The position numbers and the translations under genes were made by a program. Under the pieces are notes generated by a model, which saw only the letters and a list, made by a program, of their open reading frames with translations, had not been told where the DNA came from and ran no database searches. Below, in pieces: positions 7,411 to 12,665 of a stretch of DNA of 12,665 nt; the stretch's first letter is position 1; every line of letters begins with the position of its first letter. The stretch comes from Allobaculum fili (GTDB lineage: Bacteria; Bacillota_I; Bacilli_A; Erysipelotrichales; Erysipelotrichaceae), in NCBI RefSeq assembly GCF_020969955.1, contig NZ_JAHDSX010000056.1, forward strand, positions 1 to 12,665, written 5' to 3'.

Positions 7411-7604
7411 ACCAAAGTTCATCGAAAGGGAAAGAAAGCGGTCTCATCTGGTCTCTTGTTTGTCCAGTTTGGTTCATTCTCCCCGCAAGTCAGGAAAAAA
7501 TCGAAAGAAAAAGGGGGTGAAAAAAGCAGAAGGACGGATCGAGCCAGACGATCCAGAGAAACCGTAAGTCAGGAGCAGGCGGACGGTTCGGGAAAATCGA
7601 GCGA

Positions 7605-8990
7605 TCAGGCGTTTTCTTCGGGAACCTGGGGCAGCTTGCGCAGCGCCTGTTCGAGTTCTTCGTCCGTAGGGAAGTAGTCGCTCATCTCGCCGTTGTTGAA
7701 TTTCTCGTACGCAAAGAGATCGAAGTAGCCCGTACCGGTCAGACCAAAGAGGATGTTCTTTTCTTCGCCGGTTTCCTTGCACTTGAGCGCTTCATCAATC
7801 GCTACGCGAATGGCGTGGGAACTTTCCGGAGCGGGCAGAATGCCTTCGGTACGCGCAAACAGTTCCGCTGCTTCAAAGACGGCTGTCTGTTCGACGGAGC
7901 GGGCTTCGATCAGCCCTTCGTGATACAGCTCGGAGAGTACGCTGTTCATGCCGTGATAGCGCAGACCGCCGGCGTGGTTTGCGGATGGAATGAAGTCCGA
8001 TCCGAGCGTACACATTTTCGCCAGCGGGGTCACCATACCGGTATCGCAGTAGTCGTAGGCGTACTTTCCGCGGGTTAAGGACGGGCACGACGCCGGTTCT
8101 ACCGCGATGAAATGGTAATCCTGTTCGCCGCGCAGCTTCTGGCCCATGAAGGGAGAAATCAGACCGCCCAGATTCGATCCGCCGCCGGCGCAGCCGATGA
8201 TGAGATCGGGAACGACGTTGTATTTATCCAGAGCGGCTTTAGCTTCCAGTCCAATCACGGACTGATGCAGCAGAACCTGATTCAGGACGCTGCCCAGCAC
8301 GTAGCGATAGCCGTCCAGACCGGTCGCGGTTTCTACTGCTTCGGAAATCGCACAGCCAAGCGATCCGGTCGTTCCGGGATGATCGGCGAGAATCTTGCGG
8401 CCGATCGCGGTTGTTTCGGAAGGGGACGGGGTGACGCTGGCTCCGTACGTCCGCATGACTTCCCGGCGGAACGGTTTCTGTTCGTACGAACATTTGACCA
8501 TGAAGATTTTGCAGTCGAGATCAAAGTAGGCGCACGCCATCGAAAGCGCGGTACCCCACTGGCCGGCTCCGGTTTCAGTCGTAACGCCTTTCAGGCCCTG
8601 TTCTTTCGCGTAGTACGCCTGGGCGATGGCGGAGTTGAGCTTATGGGAGCCGCTGGTGTTGTTGCCTTCAAACTTGTAGTAAATATGAGCCGGCGTTCCC
8701 AGTTTCTTCTCCAGACAGTAGGCGCGTACGACGGGGGAAGGACGGTACATTTTATAAAAATCCTGGATTTCCTGCGGAATGGGGATTTCCCGGGTGTCGT
8801 TGTCGAGTTCCTGTGCGACGAGTTCATCGCAGAAGACAGCGGAAAGTTCTTCCGGCGTCATCGGCTCGAACGTTTTCGGATTGAGCAGAGGAGCGGGTTT
8901 GACTTTCATATCCGCACGGACGTTGTACCAGTATTTGGGCAGTTCGTCTTCGGACAGATAGATTTTGTAGGGGATGGTTGAATCGGACAT
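7605..8990 (-). CDS. trpB: TrpB2-type tryptophan synthase beta chain-like PLP-dependent enzyme (461 aa), stand-alone
   Basis: The ATG at 8990 has AAGGAG (9002..8997) 6 nt upstream, so I reject the 32-codon upstream extension in the ORF track. Motifs: LPKYWYNVRADM, the PLP-lysine segment NNTSGSHKLNSAIAQAYYAK, TETGAGQWGTA, and the phosphate loop GCAGGGSNLGG. Length and N-terminus fit the TrpB2 subfamily rather than TrpB1. Confidence 0.85.
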   Translation of the reverse strand: MSDSTIPYKIYLSEDELPKYWYNVRADMKVKPAPLLNPKTFEPMTPEELSAVFCDELVAQELDNDTREIPIPQEIQDFYKMYRPSPVVRAYCLEKKLGTPAHIYYKFEGNNTSGSHKLNSAIAQAYYAKEQGLKGVTTETGAGQWGTALSMACAYFDLDCKIFMVKCSYEQKPFRREVMRTYGASVTPSPSETTAIGRKILADHPGTTGSLGCAISEAVETATGLDGYRYVLGSVLNQVLLHQSVIGLEAKAALDKYNVVPDLIIGCAGGGSNLGGLISPFMGQKLRGEQDYHFIAVEPASCPSLTRGKYAYDYCDTGMVTPLAKMCTLGSDFIPSANHAGGLRYHGMNSVLSELYHEGLIEARSVEQTAVFEAAELFARTEGILPAPESSHAIRVAIDEALKCKETGEEKNILFGLTGTGYFDLFAYEKFNNGEMSDYFPTDEELEQALRKLPQVPEENA

Positions 8991-9100
8991 CAGATTCTCC
9001 TTTCTTCCCAAATCCAGCGGGAACAACATGATTCCTGAGGATCCAGGCAGGCGTGCAAACGAAACGTTTCCATCGCCTGTTTTCAAAAAATATTGTTTTT

Positions 9101-9130
9101 CTTATAACAGAGACAATTGGTCTGCCGCAA
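9101..9130 (-). promoter_or_regulatory. Candidate extended -10 promoter for trpB2
   Basis: On the minus strand: TTGCGG (9130..9125), 18-bp spacer, then TGtTATAAG (9109..9101). This would give a leader of about 100 nt containing a CAGGCG...CGCCTG hairpin. Confidence 0.35.
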
Positions 9131-9232
9131 TTGCCCCCTCAAAATCCATGCCAAAAGAATGCGAATTCCCCCCATTCCAAAACGCAATCCAGATTCGAAG
9201 AGAAAGTGCACCGAACAGAAAACAGAAAGGAC

Positions 9233-9270
9233 GCCGGAAGGAAAGCGCAAAACAGCCGAAGGAAAAGCCG
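9233..9270. repeat. Imperfect tandem purine-rich repeat, GCCGRAAGGAAARGC, two copies
   Basis: GCCGGAAGGAAAGCGC (9233..9248) and GCCGAAGGAAAAGCCG (9255..9270), inside a stretch of about 90 nt (about 9190..9280) that is strongly purine-rich on plus and therefore CU-rich on the minus-strand transcript. Confidence 0.5.
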
Positions 9271-9304
9271 GAAAATAAAAATGCGGAAAGACGAATCTTT
9301 CCGC
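9271..9304 (-). terminator. Rho-independent terminator of the PurF-like gene
   Basis: Perfect 9-bp stem (GCGGAAAGA 9283..9291 pairs with TCTTTCCGC 9296..9304) with a CGAA tetraloop. On the minus strand it is followed by ATTTTTATTTTC. Confidence 0.85.
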
Positions 9305-9409
9305 AGAAAATAAATTCAGAATAATGCTTCAGCAGGCTAGAGCCGGAATTCGTACGGACGGACCGGTTGAGAAAACGACGGCGCTGCCAAATTCATTTCG
9401 AAAAAGGAA

Positions 9410-10852
9410 CTAGTCTTCTTTCTGGCCTGCTTTGTGGTGCGGGCAGGCGCCTTTTCCGTCAAAGCAGTACGTGCACAGCTTGCACTTGGGCAGGCCGATG
9501 GATTTGACCATGTCGTCGAGACGATGGTAGCGCAGCGTGGTGAAGCCGGAAACCTTGCGGATTTCTTCCACCATCGCAGCGTATTCCTTGCTGTCAGGAT
9601 CCGCGTAGAGGGCCAGTCTTTCCGGCGACGGGTTTTCACCTTCGAGCTTGACGATCATGCGGCGGGTAATCAGATCCATATCCGAAGTGGAACGGGAGAA
9701 GTTCAGGAAGGTGCAGCCGTAAAGAATTGGGGGGCACGCTGGACGAACGTGAACTTCTTTCGCGCCCGATTCATACAGGAAGCGGGACGTGTTGCCAAGC
9801 TGGGTGCCGCGGACGATGGAGTCATCGATCAGCAGCAGACGGCGGCCTTCGATCATTTCCTTAACCGGGATCAGCTTCATGCTGGCGATCTGGTTGCGGC
9901 GGGCCTGAGTGGTCGGCATGAAGGAGCGCGGCCAGGTAGGCGTGTATTTAATGAACGGGCGGGCGTATGGAATGTGCGCGGCGTTGGAGTAGCCGATCGC
10001 ATGGGCGATGCCGGAATCCGGAACGCCAGCGACGCAGTCGGCATGCACGTGATCGCGCGCAGCCAGAAGGCTGCCGCAGCGGTTGCGCATCTGTTCGACG
10101 TTAATGCCCTCGTATGTGGATGTCGGGTAGCCGTAGTAAACCCAGAGGAAGGAGCAGATCTGCATCGTGTCGCCCGGTTCCTTAACGGGGACAACTTCTT
10201 CCGGCGTGATGAAGACGATTTCGCCTGGGCCCAGTTCGCGATACGGCTTGTAGCCAAGGTTCAGAAAGGAGCTGCTTTCAAAGGCGCAGCAGAAGCCTTC
10301 GTCTTTTTTGCCGAGAATAATCGGGGTACGGCCGAGTTTGTCGCGGGCCGCGTAAATACCCTCGCTCGTCAGGATCAGAACGCTCAGCGAGCCTTTGACA
10401 AGATCCTGCAAGTATTCGATGCCTTCTTTGAACGTGCTCTTCCGGCTGATTAAAGCTGCAGCCAGTTCGGTCGGATTGATTTCGCCGGTGCTCATCTCAT
10501 AAAAATGGGTGAGACCTTCTTCAAAGCAGAGTGCCTTGAGTTCGGCGATGTTGTTGATTTTGCCGACGGTCGTGATCGCAAAGGATCCGAGCCGGGAATG
10601 AATCAGAAGCGGCTGCGCTTCGTAATCGGAAATACATCCAATACCGAGATTTCCCTGGAATGAATCCAGTTCATCATCAAATTTGGTGCGGAATGGCGTG
10701 TTCTCAATGTTGTGGATGGAACGTGTAAATCCATCCGGTCCGTGGACCACCATACCTGCCCGCCGGGTACCCAGATGGGAGTGATAATCGGTCCCAAAGA
10801 AAAGATCAAGTACGCAGCTGCCTTTCAGTGCTGTTCCAAAAAAACCGCTCAT
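9410..10852 (-). CDS. Amidophosphoribosyltransferase (PurF) family homolog, 480 aa, with a degenerate class-II glutamine amidotransferase domain (Ser instead of Cys1) and an intact PRTase domain
   Basis: ATG at 10852 with AGGAGG 5 nt upstream. PRPP loop RRLLLIDDSIVRGTQ; GVPDSGIAHAIGYS; Cys residues at positions matching the 4Fe-4S ligands of B. subtilis-type PurF (QICSF, LYGCTF, CKLCTYCFDG). The N-terminus is MSGFFG rather than MCG(I/V)xG. Confidence 0.85.
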   Translation of the reverse strand: MSGFFGTALKGSCVLDLFFGTDYHSHLGTRRAGMVVHGPDGFTRSIHNIENTPFRTKFDDELDSFQGNLGIGCISDYEAQPLLIHSRLGSFAITTVGKINNIAELKALCFEEGLTHFYEMSTGEINPTELAAALISRKSTFKEGIEYLQDLVKGSLSVLILTSEGIYAARDKLGRTPIILGKKDEGFCCAFESSSFLNLGYKPYRELGPGEIVFITPEEVVPVKEPGDTMQICSFLWVYYGYPTSTYEGINVEQMRNRCGSLLAARDHVHADCVAGVPDSGIAHAIGYSNAAHIPYARPFIKYTPTWPRSFMPTTQARRNQIASMKLIPVKEMIEGRRLLLIDDSIVRGTQLGNTSRFLYESGAKEVHVRPACPPILYGCTFLNFSRSTSDMDLITRRMIVKLEGENPSPERLALYADPDSKEYAAMVEEIRKVSGFTTLRYHRLDDMVKSIGLPKCKLCTYCFDGKGACPHHKAGQKED

Positions 10853-10881
10853 GTTTTCCTCCTGTCCGAAGAATTCCGGAG

Positions 10882-10929
10882 TCCAAAAGAAAATGACCTT
10901 TGTTCCGGTTCATCAGGACAAAGGTCATT
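10882..10929 (-). terminator. Strong hairpin plus T-tract between the rhodanese and PurF-like genes: a terminator, or an attenuator about 30 nt upstream of the PurF-like start
   Basis: Perfect 12-bp stem (AATGACCTTTGT 10892..10903 pairs with ACAAAGGTCATT 10918..10929) and a 14-nt loop. On the minus strand it is followed by TTCTTTTGG. On the plus strand it is also followed by TTTTAC. Confidence 0.65.
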
Positions 10930-11010
10930 TTACTCAATCGCTGTATTCATGCACGATATTGTTTTCAGTTTGGTTCGTTCGGGTGTGTTTTCGTGGAAAA
11001 AACGTCCGAT

Positions 11011-11295
11011 TTAAGCGCGCTCAATCGGGCCGGTGTAATCTTCAATACCGCCGATATCCGTGGCTGGAATGCCGCGCTTGGCAAGCATTTCCTGGGCGAT
11101 GCGGGCGTGATAGCCGCTCACGCAGTACAGATCGGATCCGGGCTTTACATCGGCGGTTTCAATCTGATCGAGGGGGATATTGACGGCACCTGGAATATGG
11201 CCGGCGTTGAACATTTCGGCGGGACGGACATCGATGATCGGGGTGTTCTTGGATTTAGCTTCTGCAACGTATTGATCGATGGTCATCTTGGACAT
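11011..11295 (-). CDS. Single-domain rhodanese-like sulfurtransferase (94 aa)
   Basis: IIDVRPAEMFNAGHIPGAVNIPL is the typical rhodanese N-terminal motif, and the active-site loop Cys is present (LYCVSGYHARIAQEML). ATG at 11295 with a GAAGG SD-like element 8 nt upstream. Confidence 0.8.
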   Translation of the reverse strand: MSKMTIDQYVAEAKSKNTPIIDVRPAEMFNAGHIPGAVNIPLDQIETADVKPGSDLYCVSGYHARIAQEMLAKRGIPATDIGGIEDYTGPIERA

Positions 11296-11321
11296 GATTA
11301 CTACCTTCTTTCCGTGCTTTT

Positions 11322-11348
11322 ATTATAAAAAAACGGACGAAAACACAA
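11322..11348 (-). promoter_or_regulatory. Candidate promoter for the rhodanese gene
   Basis: Perfect TATAAT on the minus strand (11327..11322), about 27 nt upstream of the ATG. Only a weak -35 (TTGTGT at 11348..11343, 15-bp spacer). It lies in a T-rich context. Confidence 0.35.
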
Positions 11349-11399
11349 AGTCCGGTTTGCCCGTTTTTGCGTACGTTATACAAAGACAATTCGCGTGAT

Positions 11400-11436
11400 G
11401 GATTTTCAAATCCGTCCTTAAAAAGCGCGCTTTTTA
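11400..11436. promoter_or_regulatory. Two adjacent perfect DNA palindromes, candidate operator sites
   Basis: GGATTT-tc-AAATCC (11400..11413) and the 18-bp perfect palindrome TAAAAAGCGCGCTTTTTA (11419..11436), about 105-140 bp upstream of the rhodanese start. Their centres leave almost no loop, so they fit dimeric-protein binding sites better than RNA hairpins. Confidence 0.4.
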
Positions 11437-11963
11437 GTCCAGAAGAAGAAAAGCCGAAGACAAAGAAGAGCCAAAGGAATACCGCGGAAAGCTGGCGTAA
11501 ACATCCGCCTGCTTCGACAGGAAAATTGAATGGAAACGGGCAATCGAAGTGCAGAACAGACTGCCGGCAGGCAGAACGCATGGTGAAACGAAACCCTCTG
11601 GATACGATGAATTCAGAAGCAGACCGGCGATTGTTTCTTTTTCAATGCGTCCGATTCCTGCAGTTTTTTCTACTATGTATAGCCTCTGTCATAGCCTCCG
11701 TGCTGGGCTTCCTGCAGCTTTCGTTTTTACAGGATTCCTCCGTCGGTTTCGCCTGTCTTGACCAGGCTTTGACGCCCGCATTTCCGACGGATTTCGACCG
11801 CTTTTGCAAAGCGGCTTCTGGAAGACTCCGCAGACCAGGATCGGGATGACAGGCCAAACGGTTTCCCAAGAAAAACAGAGATCCCTGTCCATAGAAACGA
11901 GCAGAAAAAAACGGCAGAACCATAAGACAGGAAATGTATACGTTCCTTGAAAGGAGATACTTT

Positions 11964-12539
11964 ATGCGACTGTTTATCGCTTTAAATTTCAAGCCGTCCG
12001 GGCAGACAGAACTCGTGAAGCTGATTGACACTTTACAAAAAGAAGGTGTTTCAGGCCGCGCCATTCCGCAGGAAAACCTGCATGTGACGATTGCGTTTTT
12101 AGGGGAGTGCGACCCGGATCAGATTCCCGTCATCGAAGAGATCCTTCAGGATATTCCGCTGCCGGCTTTACGTCTGAAGCCATCTGGATACGATCGGTTT
12201 TTAAGCGCGCTCGTTTTGCGCTTTGAAAAAGATCCGGCGCTGATGGACTATCAGGCTCAAGTTGTCAAAGCGCTCAAAAAGGCCGATCTTCCGTTCGATG
12301 ATCGGCCGTACGGTCCGCACGTTACGCTCATTCGGGTGCCTCGATCCAGACAAAAAGGCGACCTGTTGAAAGCCCGGGCGGAATTTCATGACCGCTTTGG
12401 ATCGACGCTGTTCCGACTCGAGCCTATGGAAATCGAGAGCTGCTCGCTGTTTTCGTCCACGCACAGTGAAAAGAGCCATTCCATGCACTACGCATCGCTT
12501 TTTACAATCGATCCGGATGAAAAATCTCAGAATAATTGA
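11964..12539 (+). CDS. thpR: RNA 2',3'-cyclic phosphodiesterase / 2'-5' RNA ligase family (2H phosphoesterase, ThpR/LigT), 191 aa
   Basis: The ATG at 11964 has AAGGAG (11951..11956) 7 nt upstream, so I reject the 10-codon upstream extension. Both HxT motifs of the 2H superfamily are present (NLHVTIAFLGE and GPHVTLIRV), and the MRLFIALNF start is typical. Confidence 0.85.
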   Translation: MRLFIALNFKPSGQTELVKLIDTLQKEGVSGRAIPQENLHVTIAFLGECDPDQIPVIEEILQDIPLPALRLKPSGYDRFLSALVLRFEKDPALMDYQAQVVKALKKADLPFDDRPYGPHVTLIRVPRSRQKGDLLKARAEFHDRFGSTLFRLEPMEIESCSLFSSTHSEKSHSMHYASLFTIDPDEKSQNN

Positions 12540-12582
12540 ATAGAACTTTCCCAATCAGCTAAACTATACGGTCGGATTTTTG

Positions 12583-12608
12583 CGTGGACGACCACGTTTC
12601 CTTTTGGG
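12583..12608 (+). terminator. Small hairpin plus T-rich tract downstream of thpR
   Basis: CGTGG-ACGA-CCACG (12583..12596) followed by TTTCCTTTTGGG. Confidence 0.4.
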
Positions 12609-12616
12609 CTGGTCTA

Positions 12617-12649
12617 CTGGATCTGGTCGTGGAATCAGATCCAGTTTTT
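12617..12649 (+). terminator. Rho-independent terminator downstream of thpR
   Basis: Perfect 9-bp stem (CTGGATCTG 12617..12625 pairs with CAGATCCAG 12636..12644) and a 10-nt loop, followed by TTTTT (12645..12649). Confidence 0.65.
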
Positions 12650-12665
12650 GAAGAATTTCTATCTG

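Noticed and set aside
7042-7604. The non-coding stretch as a decayed trpA, or as SRP/tmRNA/RNase P RNA
   Set aside because: All three minus-strand frames after the trpB2 stop hit stops within a few codons and show no TrpA-like motifs. The GUCAGG strings lack the SRP domain-IV GGAA loop context. There is no tmRNA 3' end (TGGTGGAG on the complementary strand) and no RNase P GAAAGTCC box.
8991-9086. 32-codon upstream extension of trpB2 (MKTGDGNVSFARLPGSSGIMLFPLDLGRKENL)
   Set aside because: The internal ATG at 8990 has a well-spaced AAGGAG and yields the N-terminus expected for TrpB2. The extension has no SD and would overlap the leader hairpin.
8991-9409. Trp-responsive control upstream of trpB2 (T-box, TRAP-binding GAG/UAG array, or Trp-codon leader peptide)
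   Set aside because: There is no T-box sequence (GGTGGTACCGCG-like), no regularly spaced (G/U)AG triplets, and the small upstream ORFs contain at most one Trp codon.
11934-11963. 10-codon upstream extension of thpR (MYTFLERRYF)
   Set aside because: It would start inside or ahead of the AAGGAG that is well spaced for the ATG at 11964, and MRLFIALNF is the typical 2H-phosphoesterase start.
12564-12665. 33-codon minus-strand open frame at the right edge ending ...QPKRKRGRPRKNPTV (AT-hook-like GRPRK), possibly the 3' end of a convergent gene
   Set aside because: An open frame this short is expected by chance fairly often. It also overlaps two plus-strand terminator-like hairpins that are better explained as the thpR terminator. 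It cannot be excluded without sequence to the right.
1-12665. Mobile elements, CRISPR arrays, tRNA/rRNA genes, and toxin-antitoxin or restriction-modification modules
   Set aside because: I saw no regularly spaced direct repeats, no transposase, integrase or recombinase-like ORFs, no cloverleaf-compatible tRNA segments, and no small paired ORFs with overlapping stop/start.

Overview
Bacterial chromosomal segment with strong AGGAGG-type Shine-Dalgarno sites and classic hairpin plus T-tract terminators, so probably a Firmicutes/Clostridia-like host (inference). I support eight coding regions. Minus strand: a gene start running off the left edge (1..46), a giant 1280-aa orphan protein (296..4138), a stand-alone TrpB2-type tryptophan synthase beta-like enzyme (7605..8990), a PurF-like amidophosphoribosyltransferase homolog with no catalytic Cys1 (9410..10852), and a single-domain rhodanese (11011..11295). 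Plus strand: a RimJ/RimL-type GNAT acetyltransferase (4607..5173), a family C69 dipeptidase (5377..6846), and a 2H-phosphoesterase ThpR/LigT (11964..12539). Almost every gene has its own terminator. By my coordinates about 24% of the window (3049 of 12665 nt) is non-coding, which is high for a bacterium. I found no tRNA, rRNA, CRISPR array, transposase or integrase. The most interesting items are: (i) the giant helical protein, which has no recognisable catalytic motif, no SD, and sits next to a gene whose SD is buried in a terminator-like hairpin; (ii) the glutaminase-dead PurF paralog, flanked in the same orientation by a rhodanese and a TrpB2; (iii) three long ORF-free gaps (4139..4606, 7042..7604, 11296..11963) holding inverted and direct repeats, perfect palindromes, an orphan terminator and an orphan near-consensus promoter, which suggests unannotated RNAs or regulatory modules. 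All family assignments come from motif recognition by eye. No database search was possible.
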